In this document: one piece after another, positions 49,651 to 62,765 of the stretch | How the letters are laid out: the number at the start of each line of letters is the position of its first letter | Position numbering within the stretch: position 1 is the first letter of the stretch | Assembly (NCBI RefSeq): GCF_006345805.1 | Contig: NC_043002.1 | Coordinates: forward strand, 117,552,001 to 117,616,000 | Reading direction: 5' to 3' | Length of the DNA stretch: 64,000 nucleotides | DNA from: Octopus sinensis | Lineage: Eukaryota | Position numbers and translations under genes: made by a program | Notes under the pieces: model-generated | The model's input: only the letters and a program-made list of their open reading frames with translations | What the model was told of the DNA's origin: nothing | Database searches by the model: none

Positions 49651-50020
49651 ATGATACCATAAGCTGCAGGTAGCAAGCCCACTATGCAAGCAAGACTCCA
49701 GGAGTTCCAAGGCAATCTGTGTTTCAAAGGACAACAACAACAATAATAAGGACCACTTAATCTCTGAATGTAAAGTTTTAGCACCAGTAGAGTATAAACC
49801 AAGACACAACAGAGTTGGCCAACACCAACACTGGTTAATATGTCGCCATTATGAAATCATAACTGTTGACAAGTGGTATAAGCATCATCCAGTGACTGTA
49901 ACTGAGGCAGAATAGGAAACAATTTTCTGGGACTTTCCAGTCCATGCAGACCGAACCATCAAAACTAATAAACAGGATATTGTTGTAAAAGATCAAAACA
50001 ATAAAGTTTGTTTATTGATT

Positions 50021-50433
50021 AGGAGTGGCTGTGTGGTAAGTAGCTTGCTTACAAACCACATGGTTCCGGGTTCAGTCCCACTACATGGCACCTTGGGAAA
50101 GTGCCTTCATCTATAGCCGTAGGCCAACCAAAGCCTTGTGAGTGGATTTGGTAGACGGAAACTGAAAGAAGCCCGTCGTATATATGTGTGTGTATATTTA
50201 TATGTATGTATGTATGTGTGTGTGTATATGTTTGTGTGTCTGTGTTTGTCCCCCCAACATTGCTTGACAACTGATGCTGGTGTGTTTATGTCTCTGTAAC
50301 CTAGCAGTTTGGCAAAAGAGACCGATAGAATAAGTACTAGGCTTACAAAGAATAAGTCTTGGGGTCGATTTGCTCGACTAGAGGCAGTGCTCCAGCATGG
50401 CCACAGTCAAATGACTGAAACAAGTAAAAGAGT
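50021..50433 (+). mobile_element. SINE family S2, complete copy
   Basis: A box TGGCTGTGTGG, B box GGTTCAGTCC, internal TA/TG tract, 3' end GACTGAAACAAGTAAAAGAGTA. Confidence 0.88.
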
Positions 50434-50473
50434 AACATGAATTTTCCATTGTGATCATAATCTTTTGTGTGGG

Positions 50474-50778
50474 GACTGGATGCCAAATGCACTTTTGCTG
50501 AAAGACAAGAAGCCGAAGCCAAGAAGCCAAATGGACATAAAACCAAACGGATAAGACACTGAATGGAAACAATAATAAAAAAGAAAAATATTCCTACCAA
50601 CATAGTTTAATGACCAATTCAACAAATTGGCAATTAAGATTTAATGAGATTAAATTTTAATTTTCATGTCTTTTCGGTATCTTGTCCATTTGGCTTTATA
50701 TCCGATCGACATTGTGTCTGTTCAGCTTCTTGGCTTCGGCTTGTTGTCCTTTGGTAAAAGTGCATTTGGCTTCCTGTC
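50474..50778. mobile_element. MITE with long imperfect TIRs
   Basis: GACTGGATGCCAAATGCACTTTT…GCCGAAGCCAAGAAGC versus its reverse complement at 50715-50778. Confidence 0.7.
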
Positions 50779-51829
50779 TTTTGGCAAAAGAATTTGACAA
50801 GCTCATAAAATATAAAGATTTGATCATTGAAATCGAAAAAAAATGTAGCATCTCAAGGAACCAAAAATTGAGAATGATCCCTGGTTTACCATCCCTGCAA
50901 GAAGTGCCAAAGATTGCTTTAACTGGTATGTCACATGTATTGTGGAGAGCATTGTCACTGTGATAAAGATTACCTTCCATTTAAATAATGTTTTTCTACA
51001 TGACTTTATTTAAGGTTTGTAAATGAACAATCTGATGTTTTTATATTAATGGCTTATCAAGTTAGCAGTGAGTTTCTTCTTCGTCCTAGGTGTCGAGAAG
51101 ATGCCCAGCAAGACATGGGAACAAAATTGAAATAATAATAATAATGGTTTCAAATTTTCCCACAAGGTAAAATAAGTACCACTTGAACACTGGGGTCGAT
51201 TGCTGCCCTTGTGGAAAAATTTGAAACCATTATTAACTAGAAAAGCACTCAGAGAGCGCAGGCCTCCGCCAAGCAGCTCATTTCTGCCCATATACACACA
51301 TGCTGAAAATTGCCCAATTTCCCAAACCAACACCGGCAAAAACATACTTATCTCGACCATCGTCATCATCAACACTGTCTCAAAACAGTAACGCCACCAT
51401 AGATTACATGGAATCGATGTGTTTTCAAGGGAGACAATCAAAGAATGTAACATTGTAATGCTTCATATAAAGTAAATATAACAAAGGAAAAATCCTTCAA
51501 GAATCACTACCAAAATTTCATCATCTGTTCCTTGTGTCATTACCAACTTTTCCTGCAAGTTTCATCAAATACCATTCACAACTTTTTGAGTTATTTTGCA
51601 CACAGACGGACAAACCAATGGCAATGAAAACATAACCTCCTTCCTTGGCAGAGGTAAATATGGGATGGTCATGACTGGAATGCCTACGATCATGTGTCTG
51701 TTCAACTACGGCTTCTTTGAAGATAAACACCTTACTCTACCACTGCCACCATCAACACTACAACAACACCACTATTGTCCTTATAAACTACTTTCATTTT
51801 AACCAATATCTCTGGTAACTACTTCACAG

Positions 51830-51925
51830 GATAAATGACCTGCAGGAGACAATTCAAACAGCCCGGCAGAACCAAGAACAGGAAGTACAACAAAGGATTT
51901 CTTCAGAACAAAACGTTTTCCGCAG
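51830..51925 (+). CDS. Coiled-coil protein exon (96 nt, absent from the ORF track)
   Basis: Acceptor tacttcacag and donor AG|gtaaat; phase 2 to 2; INDLQETIQTARQNQEQEVQQRISSEQNVFR; joins the flanking exons in frame. Confidence 0.8.
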
Positions 51926-52798
51926 GTAAATATTGTATATTTTATTTCAAATTTACCTGCTACATTGTTATTCTTTCTTTTTATATGTTTTATTATTGTT
52001 GTTGTTGTTGCTATTATCATCATCATCATCATCATCATCATCATCTTTATGGTGAAGTCCATAAAGATTCTAAAATTCTCATCTTCTATCACATTCTCTG
52101 GTTCATATTCATATCAATTTTCTGTTATTTTGAAGCCATACACTCATCCAGTGCCCAAGCATTGCTGACCTGTAGGTTTGTGTCGAACACCTGCTGTTGC
52201 ATGTGAGACTGATCCAGCTGTTAACTGAATCCATTGTGAAGATTGCTCTGCTGCCATCCTTTAACCAGGAAGAGCAGGCTGTCTTTATATGCAAGGTGAC
52301 CATGGCAAAAGCAGTTGTATGGTGGATGACTCTAAAGGGGCTGAGGACAAACACTTTTCTCTTTGGTCAAGCTTGATCAACTTCTGGTTTCACTTAAAGA
52401 TGAAAATAAGGATAGAAAGGGAAGTGTTATCTTCTAGCCAGTTTGCTGAAAGGTGGATGAGAGAGGTAAGAATGTTGCAAGTGAATGGGCCTGTAATTGG
52501 AGAAAAGGAAATGAGAAAAGACACTCGCCCCAGAAGACAGGGCACCCATGTTTTTATGGGATTTTTCAATGAGCAGCCCTCCAATGTCTCCTCCCTATTG
52601 TTAAAATTTTTTTTTTCTGCAAAATTATATTTTTTTTCCACATTATGTTAAATTTGCTTACACACAAAACCCTCACAACAACACACACTCACACACATAC
52701 ACATGCACATTCTTTGTTTTGTCCTGTACTGTCTATAATATTTTTCTTCATGTAAACCCTTTGTGGTCAATAAAGAAATTATTATTATGATTATTATT

Positions 52799-53015
52799 CA
52801 GGTGGTGTAGCTGACGGAACTGCTAGCAAACCGGATAAAATGCTTAGTGACATTTTCTCCATTTTTGTCCATTCTGAATTCAAATTCGGCCGAGGTGGAT
52901 TTTACCTTCCATCTTTTTAAGGGTCAGTTAAATAAGTACCACTCAAGTGCTGAGGTCAAAATAATTGACTTCTTCCTCACCTCAGAAATTGCTGCCTCTG
53001 TGCCAAAATTTGGAA
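52799..53015 (+). mobile_element. SINE family S3, degenerate
   Basis: GAATTCAAATTCGGCCGAGGTGGATTTTACC core. Confidence 0.65.
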
Positions 53016-54235
53016 TGGTTATTAGGGGCCTCTTTGGTCATGGTTAGCATTTGATTCTACACCTGGAAAGTTACATTCCAACGTGCACACCTGGACAAGT
53101 TTTTTTTTTTTACTTGTAAATGACTTGCAAATACCCATGCAGATAACTCTTTCTTTCCATGCCAACGTTGGTGTCCAAGGGAATGGCAAGGCTAATGCAA
53201 CTTGGCACCAATGTTGTTTGCTAGCATTGTCTTCAGAGCTTCAAGAGCCAGAAACAGATACAGTAAGGCATCTCATCAGATACTCTAATAGTTACATCAA
53301 CCCACCTTCCTGAATTGGTTCTGTTTTTATCAATCTCGAGAAAATGAAAGGCAGGAGTGAACTTAGTAAGATTTGAACTTAGAACACAGAGTTTGGAGAC
53401 AAATAGCATGAGGCATTTTATCTGATGCTATAATGACTCTGCCAATTCAACAGTATGTATAATATAATGAAATTATTGTATACAGTGCTCAGGTGCACTA
53501 CAACTTGCCAAAAGTGTGTATAAAGCATATGCAGTAATGTCTGGAAAATGAACAGTGTATGAGTCAGATACATGCTTGCATGTGTATGGAAGGGAGAAAA
53601 TCAGGTGTAGTGTTATAGTGAAGTGTATGTATGTATGTATGTATGTACAACCTGCTGCATGATCAAGTTGTCAGCAACTAAGCCAGCAACCTCATTAAAC
53701 TTGCTTATTGAAGAGGGAGAGTGATTGGATATCTTGCAGAATGAAAAAAAAACTGTTAATGGACAGATGAATTCAATAAAGTTAACAGCTATCCAGTACT
53801 GTATACACAAGCTTGGTTCTGTTATTTCTCATGGACCGTGGTAGTTCCTGCAGCAGTCATCAAGAAACTGATAACTTTGGTGCAGAAAACACAGTGTCTG
53901 CACAGAGGATTAGCACGTTTTAAAGAATGGGAAGATACAACAGGTTCAGTCAGCACAGCACTATGAGAATGCAAGCATGGTGCAGCACTTTACTAAGAGT
54001 GAGTGACCCTATTCCTTATTAGGCCATCACTCTAGAAGGAAAATTTTGATGTAAAACTTCATAGCAACCAAGGATGTTGACTAGTTCTTCGTTTGGAAAT
54101 ATCTGTCATCGCTGTTCAGAGAGTGGGATTGGTTGTGCACAAGGCCTCTCCTCATTTTAAACAGCATCATGCACAGGTATCACTTGATGTACCGGCATCG
54201 TCATGTTACACTTGAGAACATAGAAGCAGCCATCA

Positions 54236-56765
54236 TGTATGTATGTGTGTGTGTGTATGTATGTGTGTATGTTTGTATGTATGTATGTATGTTTGTATGT
54301 ATGTATATATGTATGTATGTATGTGTGTATGTATGTATGTATGTGTGTATGTATGTATGTATGTATGTTTGTATGTATGTATGTATGTATGTATGTATGT
54401 ATGTATGTTTGTATGTATGTATGTATGTATGTTTGTATGTATGTTTGTATGTATGTATGTATGTGTGTATGTATGTATGTATGTATGTTTGTATGTATGT
54501 ATGTATGTTTGTATGTATGTATGTATGTATGTATGTATGTGTGTATGTATGTATGTATGTATGTGTTGTATGTATGTATGTATGTTTGTATGTATGTATG
54601 TATGTATGTATGTATGTGTGTATGTATGTATGTATGTGTGTATGTATGTATGGTATGTATGTTTGTATGTATGTATGTATGTATGTATGTTGTTTGTATG
54701 TATGTATGTATGTTTGTATTTGTATGTATGTATGTATGTAGTATGTATGTATGTATGTGTGTATGTATGTTTGTATGTATGTATGTTTGTATTATGTATG
54801 TATGTATGTATGTTTGTATGTATGTATGTATGTATGTATGTATGTTTGTATGTATGTATGTGTGTATGTATGTTTGTATGTATGTTTGTATGTATGTATG
54901 TATGTTTGTATGTATGTATGTATGTATGTATGTATGTATGTGTGTATGTATGTATGTATGTATGTATGTATGTATGTATGTATGTTTGTATGTATGTATG
55001 TATGTATGTATGTATGTTTGTATGTATGTATGTATGTATGTATGTATTGTATGTATGTATGTATGTTTGTATGTATGTATGTATGTATGTATGTGTGTAT
55101 GTATGTATGTATGTATGTATGTATGTATGTATGTATGTATGTTTGTATGTATGTATGTATGTATGTTTGTATGTATGTATGTATGTATGTATGTATGTAT
55201 GTATGTATGTATGTATGTATGTTTGTTGTATGTATGTATGTATGTATGTATGTATGTATGTTTGTATGTATGTATGTATGTATGTGTGTATGTTGTATGT
55301 ATGTATGTGTTGTATGTATGTGTATGTATGTATGTATGTATGTATTTTGTATGTATGTATGTATGTTTGTATTTATGTATGTATGTATGTATGTATGTTT
55401 TGTATGTATGTATGTATGTTTGTATGTATGTATATATGTATGTATGTATGTGTGTATGTATGTATGTATGTATGTTTGTATGTATGTATGTATGTATGTT
55501 TGTATGTATGTTTGTATGTATGTATATATGTATGTATGTATGTGTGTATGTATGTATGTATGTGTGTATGTTTGTATGTATGTATGTATGTTTGTATGTA
55601 TGTATATATGTATGTATGTATGTGTGTATGTATGTATGTGTGTATGTATGTATGTATGTATGTTTGTATGTATGTATGTATGTAGTATGTATGTTTGTAT
55701 GTATGTATGTATGTATGTTTGTATGTATGTTTGTATGTATGTATGTATTGTGTGTATGTATGTATGTATGTATGTTTGTATGTATGTATGTTTGTTGTAT
55801 GTATGTATATATGTATGTATGTATGTGTGTATGTATGTATGTATGTGTGGTATGTATGTATGTATGTATGTTTGTAGTATGTATGTATGTATGTATGTAG
55901 TATGTATGTTTGTATGTATGTATGTATGTATGTTTGTATGTATGTTTGTATGTATGTATGTATGTTTGTATGTATGTATGTATGTATGTATGTATGTGTG
56001 TATGTATGTATGTATGTATGTTTGTATGTATGTATGTATGTATGTATGTTTGTATGTATGTATATATGTAAGTATGTATGTATGTATGTATGTATGTATA
56101 TATGTAAGTATGTATGTATGTATGTATGTATGTATGTAGTATGTATGTATGTATGTATGTATGTATGTATGTATGTATGTATATATGTAAGTATGTATGT
56201 ATGTTTGTATGTATGTATGTATGTATGTATGTTTGTATGTTTGTATGTATGTATGTATGTTTGTATGTATGTATGTATGTTTGTATGTGTGTATGTATGA
56301 ATGAATGTTTGTATGTATGTATGTATGTATGTATGTATGTATGTTTGTATGTATGTATGTATGTATGTATGTATGTTTGTATGTATGTATGTATGTATGT
56401 ATGTATGTTTGTATGTATGTATGTATGTATGTATGTATGTATGTATGTATATATATATGTAAGTATGTATGTATGTTTGTATGTTTGTATGTATGTTTGT
56501 ATGTATGTATGTATGTATGTATGTATGTTTGTATGTATGTTTGTACGTATGTATGTATGTATGTTTGTATGTATGTATGTATATATGTATGTATGTATGT
56601 ATATATATATGTAAGTATGTATGTATGTTTGTATGTTTGTATGTATGTATGTATATATGTATGTATGTTTGTATGTATATATGTATGTTTGTATGTATGT
56701 TTGTTTGTATGTATGTATGTATGGTTGTATGTATGTGTGTATGTATGTTTGTATGTTTGTATGTA
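54236..56765. repeat. ~2.5-kb (TATG)n microsatellite with TTTG/TGTG/TAAG variants
   Basis: Seen directly. Confidence 0.97.
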
Positions 56766-56845
56766 TCTATTTATCTACCTATCTATATGTTAGTGTCTGT
56801 ATACATATGCATTTATGTATGTGTATATCTATGTGAGAATACATG

Positions 56846-56962
56846 CATAGATAGATAGATAGATAGATAGACAGACAGACCGACAGCCAGCCAGCCAGCC
56901 AGACAGACAGATAGACAGACAGACAGATAGACAGACAGACAGACAGATAGATAGATAGATAG

Positions 56963-57005
<43 letters not shown>
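56846..57005. repeat. (GATA)n/(GACA)n microsatellite
   Basis: Seen directly. Confidence 0.95.
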
Positions 57006-57006
<1 letters not shown>

Positions 57007-57117
57007 GACACTCATACACAAAATCCACCACATCCAAGTAATATTATTGCATTGTTGTCTTTTATACACATTTTTTATGTATTAAATATTATATTGTTTG
57101 AATTTATTCTGAAACAG

Positions 57118-57343
57118 ATTAGCTGAGGTTGAAGCTAGCGTAAACAATCAAACGAGAAAACAAGATGAAACACTTCACAGTATTAGCTTATTGCAGAAAG
57201 ACCGAGAACATAACAAAGATTATAACATACAACGGCTGCAGAACCAGTTGCAAGATTCCATTGAAGAAATAAGTCAAAGATTGCATCAAAAAGAAATGGC
57301 TATCAGAGATGAATTACAAGAGAAATTCTTACAACTTGAGCGA
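57118..57343 (+). CDS. Coiled-coil protein exon (last identifiable)
   Basis: Acceptor ttctgaaacag and donor CGA|gtgagg; 226 nt, phase 2 to 0; LAEVEASVNNQTRKQDETLHSISLLQKDRE…ELQEKFLQLER. Confidence 0.85.
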
Positions 57344-58139
57344 GTGAGGATACTTTTAAATTTTTATTCTAAAAACCTTCTTTTCTACACTTGTATGCAA
57401 AATTGTTGGAAGCTATATTTTGGGTGTTTTGCATACATAATTTCCTACCTTGCTAAGAAGTTTATACAAAGAAAATGGTCATTTTAGTCTGTTGTAATTT
57501 AAATAGTAATAAAGCAGATAAATTTAGAAATGATCTAAGATTATCTAGTCAAATATGTTTAAGAACCAGGGATCTGCTATCTGGGTAGGCAAGGTAGGTA
57601 GAGCCTACCCTGAATAAAATAGATTGATAGTAACATTTTCCTTTTGTAGCAAAATATGCACCAAATTCAATAAAATTGTGAAGGTTACTCAGATTACTAT
57701 GCATAAAATACAAAATATTTTCTTTTTCTTTAGAATTGGTAGGCATAATTCACCCCTGCCTTTCAATTTCAGTATTAAAGCTACATATAGTATTGTTGTA
57801 GTACACATGCTGCATACATTCCTACAACAATGTTTTCTCTACATACTATAAAGGCAGAAGTAGATCTGACTCCAACTCAGTCATGCACCTGTTTTGCTTA
57901 TTTCGTGTGTGTGTGTTTTACTACATAAACGTCATCAACTGCCTACCCTCAGTAATTACTGATGGCACATGCTTGTTAAGAACCATTGTAGACACTATCT
58001 TAAACGTATTTAATTTGTCTAAAAATATTCTAAGATAAAAATTAAGTTTCTCCTTCTTACAAACTACTCAATATAATATATAAATGATAGATCATATAAA
58101 ATTAATAAGAGATTGACCATTTTTTAATGAAATATAATC

Positions 58140-58345
58140 TCTAATACTGGTCTCAAATTTTGGCACAGGGTCAGCAATTTCGGGGGGTGGATGTAATTTA
58201 TTATATCGATCTCCAGTAAACTGGTATTTATTTTTTTGACCCCAAAAGGCAAAGTCGACTTTGGCAGAATTAGAACTCAGAAAGTAAAAATGGATGAAAT
58301 GCCACTAAGCATTCTAACCCAACGCAGTAACAATTCTACCAGTTT
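58140..58345 (-). mobile_element. SINE family S3, degenerate
   Basis: AAGGCAAAGTCGACTTTGGCAGAATTAGAACTCAGAA core. Confidence 0.65.
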
Positions 58346-59199
58346 GCCATCATGATATTAGTAGATTTATATACTTGTTATTTTCGTATGAGGTTACCTT
58401 TTCCTTATCATGATGTGGTTCTTTGTAATTGTGGCCTTATGATAAAATACAGCATACATATTGCTCTAATTTCTCAAGCATAAAACATACGCCATGTCAT
58501 GTCTTATAGTATACTCTATAACTTTTCTCCTACAGAATACTCCTTTAGATTAAATGTACAAACACGCTGTTAAAAATTCTTTTTTTTCCGATGAATCGCA
58601 GACATTTTAAGATGTTAATAGAAATTTGATTTAAATAGATCATACATATAAAAAATTTTTTCAATCTCAGTTGGCCAGCTTCACTTCCAATGCCTTTCCA
58701 ACAACAATATCGATTCTCCTCGTACTTATAACAACATTCCTCCAATAATTGCTTCCATAGTGGTAGTTTTTCTTTCAAAAACTCAAATATATTTTGCTAA
58801 GATTCCAAATAACAATGGTGTTCCATGAACTTGCACAAGATTAATCAAGAATTGCTTAAAAGTTTGCTTTTAGCAGTATATTCAAACATTCAAGAGAACA
58901 GGAAAATACTTTTACAAGCCGTTCTAAGTACATTTAATCATTTAAGGAAATGAGTTCAGCAGTATTAAAAGGTCAATTTTTGGTCACAATATTTTCTGAA
59001 AACCTGGTCCCCTAACACCTCCGATTTTAAAGATTTAAAATTACCTAAATACCTCCAGTTATTTCCCTTGTACTTTTAGGCTTTAACATACAAGCAACTG
59101 TCAACTACCTCCTATGCAACTATTAATCTCTGTTTCTATTCATGTGCGTGCATGCACGCACGTGCACACATGCATACATACATACAATAGACCTAACAA

Positions 59200-59850
59200 T
59201 GAAATGTAAACACAATAGACCTGACATAATGATTTGGGATATAGAAGTGAAACTATACAGTTGTGGAAATCGACGGCCCAGCAGATGTTAACATAAAGCT
59301 GAAGGTCAGTGAAAAAGAGAACACCTATGCTGAACTATTGAGAAATCTGCAGTTACCCTATCCTGATTACAAGTTCAGGTTTATACCTGTAATTATTGGG
59401 ACCCTGGGATATGTAACACACTGCCTAAATACCAAACTTGAGAATTTAGGCTTCTAAAAACCACAAAGGAAGACGTTGATTCAAAGACATCATTGGAATC
59501 GTAAAAATCTGTAAAACTTTCCAGCTGTGTTTCATTTAATTATATATGAGCTCGTCTAGACATACAACCATATGCATGAGAATACTTACATAAAGCAGAA
59601 CATACAAATTTGCATATATACATACATACTTGCATATGTACACACAGACATACATAATGCATATATACATACATACTTACACACATATACATACATACAT
59701 GCATGCATACATACAAAAATACCCTGTTGATGTTGAAATTCCAATGAAGGATCCTTGGATCTAGGTTAGAAACTGGCTCTTTCTCTATTGGCAAGAAATC
59801 TTGAAATAAATTTGAATAATGACAAACATACACACACATACACACATACA
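59200..59850 (+). mobile_element. 3' fragment of another RLE-type non-LTR retrotransposon plus UTR
   Basis: PDIMIWD…VEI.GPADVNIKLKVSEKENTYAELL…FIPVIIGTLG. Confidence 0.65.
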
Positions 59851-59877
59851 TTCAGACATACATACATACATATACAT

Positions 59878-59932
<55 letters not shown>

Positions 59933-59934
59933 AA

Positions 59935-62265
59935 GAACTACAGAAGGCTTAAAGGTTAAAAAATATATATATTTGCGTCAATATGTCTGAAGAATATTAA
60001 AAATTTTTTATTAAAAATTTTTTTCTTACAATGACATAATTTAGAAGAAAGACTGGTTTCGCGTTTAGCTTTTCAAATTTCTTACGACGTTATGTTTATC
60101 TTGAACAGAGTTATCTTTATGTTTATGTTTAAAAGAGTTCTAAATAAGGGGAGGTAATGAGTGATTTCTTCCGGTGTAAGGGAGATAATCGCTTAAAATT
60201 AAAAAAATTTTTTTTCCTTTCCCTTGGTGTGAATTTCTCTGTATCAGTATGTTGGCATGGTTAAGTCTGAGCTTGTACTTTTCAATGAAGAATGTTTCCT
60301 TGTTTAGTCTAATTTGTGTTGATGATCGGATAGCACATTGGTAAAATGGAAAGATTAAAAATTGTGGTAGTAGTTGTTTTGCGCATTTCTCCTTGTGCTC
60401 ACTAAAGGGTATCATTCTGTATTCTGGGAATGCAATCTGTTATCGATGCAGTGTGCCTCTACGTCTGAGTGAAAGTCCCGTGGATCCCACGTAGTCTTGG
60501 TGGCAGCCCAAGCATTTTATGACATAAATTATGTTTTCAGAGGCACAAGTAAAGTTAGATTTGATCTTGAATTTCTGTCCCTCTTTAAAGAGGAATTCTG
60601 ATCCTTGTAGCAGCTTTGGACATGTTGCACAGTTCGGTCTACCACATTTTTTTACTTTTGCATCCGTAATTTCAGAAAACAATTTTGCCTTTGTGAGAAT
60701 CTTTTTAAGTGATTTAGGTTGTTTGTAGCTTTTAATGATTTGGTGTATGTTTAGAATTTCCTTTAATTTGGGGTCCTTATGAAGTATTGGTAAATTCTGT
60801 GTGATGATGGTGAAGGCTTCTTTGTTTCTGGGGTTGTATGTAGATATGTAAGGTAGTATTTTCGGGGAAGGTGTGTTGTTGTGTTGAACTTTTCTTAAAG
60901 TTTCTATGTTGATTTCTATTGCACGTCTGATCCTATCCTCTATGAGTTGAGCTGGGTAATGTCTGTCAATTAGGGTGTTTTTGAGTTCTTGCAGTCTAAA
61001 GTTCCTGGTATTTTGTTTTGACACTATTGTGCATATCCTTCTTGCAAGGTTGAAGGGGATGTTTGTTTTAGTGTGTCTTGGGTGGCATGAATTAAAAAGA
61101 AGGTATTGTTTGGCGTCTGTGGCTTTGTAAAAAATGTCTGTTTCTATTTTAAGGTTAATTTTTTTAATTAGTATATCTAAGAACGGGAGCTCCTTTTGGT
61201 TGTATTCCATTGTGAACTGTATATTTGGGTTTATGCTGTTCAGTAGGTTTTTAAATTTTAGGAGTTTATCTGTGTTTTCATTCCAGAGTATAAAACAATC
61301 GTCTAAGAATTGTTTCCACTTCTCTTTTATGTATTGAGAAAGGGGGTTTCCAAAGATTGATAAAGATTCCTGGTAAATGATTATTTCCATGTAGCCCATT
61401 GTTAGGTTTGCAATGACTGGTGCTGCCCTTGTACCCAAAGCAATTCCGGATTTTTGACGGTAAAATGTATTGTCAAACTTTAAGTGGTTATTATGTAGGA
61501 TGAATTCAATTGATTTAGTAATGAATTCTTTACTGATCCTTTTTGGTATTTCTTCCAGAAATTGGTCCAGCCAGAACTGTATTGCCTCTAGTCCATAATT
61601 ATGAGGTATACTGGTATACAAGTTAACTACATCAAATGAAACCAGGATTGTTTCTTCCTTGGCTTTTTTTGGGAGGTGGTTTAACATATCTAAGTCATCT
61701 CTGATATGGCTATCGATATGTTTAAGGAAGGGTTTCAGGAGGATGTCCATAAATAGACTTAGTCTGTGTGTTTCACAGGTTGGGCCAGCTACAATGGGTC
61801 GTAGTTTTAGGTCCCCCGGTTAGGTGTGTGTATGTATGTCTTTGGTGATTTTTTAATGGTTTCATTTATAATTTGGCTTTTATGGATTTTTGGCAGACCA
61901 TAGAAAAGGCTAGGTTTGCATTTAAACTTTGTTAGGAAGTCAATCTCTTTGGTTGTTAGTTCCTTTTCATGGGTTTTAATTAGTGAAGATAGACTTTTCA
62001 TTATTTTTTGTGGGGTGTAGTTGGTAATTTTTTCATAATGTAGGTCGTCATCAAGCAAGGAAATTACAAGATTTCTATAGTATGATGTATCCATTATAAC
62101 AACTGCATTTCCCTTGTCTGCTTCCTTAATGGTTATATCCTCATCATTTTGAAGTTCTATCAGTTCCTTCCATTGTGTAGTGTTAAAATTTGAGTTAACT
62201 TTCTGTTTATGTATAGTATGGTAGGGAAAGTTCTCAATGTGGTTACAGAATTCATCAAGATCTTT
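59935..62265 (-). mobile_element. Penelope-like element 2 (RT + GIY-YIG), 5'-truncated, two frameshifts, 3' pLTR at about 59935-60215
   Basis: IKEADKGNAVVIMD, FYGLPKIHK, SFDVVNLYTSIP, GIALGTRAAPVIANL, FLDDCF, NIIYVIKCLGCHQDYVGST; related to PLE1. Confidence 0.93.
60047..60081 (-). ncRNA. Minimal hammerhead, U3-A8 variant, in the PLE2 3' pLTR
   Basis: Minus strand: GAAAT-TTGAAAA-GC-taaac-GC-GAAAC-ca-GTC-TTTC; stem I 3' strand lacks one A. Confidence 0.65.
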
Positions 62266-62359
62266 ATTTCAAGATCTTATATATATATATAAGATCAGAA
62301 TTCATCAAGATCTTATTTCAAGATCTTATATATATATATATATTATATATATATATATA

Positions 62360-62516
62360 CTTTATTTTACGCAGCAGAAAATTCAACAAAATCTGTTACT
62401 CTGAGTTTCTCGTTGCCGTTCATCAGACAGTTTTTGCTAGAAAAACTGTCTGATGAACGGCAACGAGAAACTCAGAGTAACAGATTTTGTTGAATTTTCT
62501 GCTGCTTAAAATAAAG
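62360..62516. mobile_element. Palindrome (76-bp arms, 5-nt spacer) with a hammerhead on each strand
   Basis: + copy at 62446-62483: CTGT-CTGATGA-aCGgcaaCGa-GAAAC-TCAGA-GTA-ACAG. The right arm continues into a pLTR-like tail to about 62588. Confidence 0.85.
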
Positions 62517-62729
62517 CATATTACTCTACCACTGGTATTTGAGTACTCTTTTTTCCACCTTGTTTCACATTTATGTGTTTACTCCGGTATATATATATAT
62601 ATATAGAAAATAGTAAAAAGTGAAAAACTACAGAAGGCTTGTGTTAAAAGGTTAAAAAATATATATTTGAGTCAATATGTCTGAAGAATATTATAAATTT
62701 TTTTTTTCTTACAATTACATAGTTTAGAA

Positions 62730-62765
62730 GAAATGACCGGTTTCGCATTCAGCTTTTCAAATTTC
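62730..62765 (-). ncRNA. Minimal hammerhead, U3-A8 variant
   Basis: Minus strand: GAAAT-TTGAAAA-GC-tgaat-GC-GAAAC-CG-GTC-ATTTC. Confidence 0.78.

Larger units (their letters stand above)
49750..50965 (+). mobile_element. Decayed family-B 3' fragment in + orientation, interrupted by a SINE and a MITE
   Basis: Homologous to the reverse complement of B1 5969-6510; reads through DHLISECKVLAPVEYK…, KEFDKLIKYKDL, GLPSLQEVPKIALTGMSHVLWRALSL*. Confidence 0.75.

Noticed and set aside
54133-57069. Long MYVC-type ORFs (up to 553 aa), and similar YI, poly-I/N/L ORFs elsewhere
   Set aside because: They are translations of (TATG)n, (TA)n and (TTA)n microsatellites, not genes.
58510-58780. Next exon after 57343, or the minus ORF 58545-58778
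   Set aside because: The candidate acceptor gives a stop after five codons, and the minus ORF has no recognisable motif or splice support.
59740-59790. CAATGAA…GAAACTGGCTC as a hammerhead
   Set aside because: The core does not match either the C3-G8 or the U3-A8 form, and stem I is absent.
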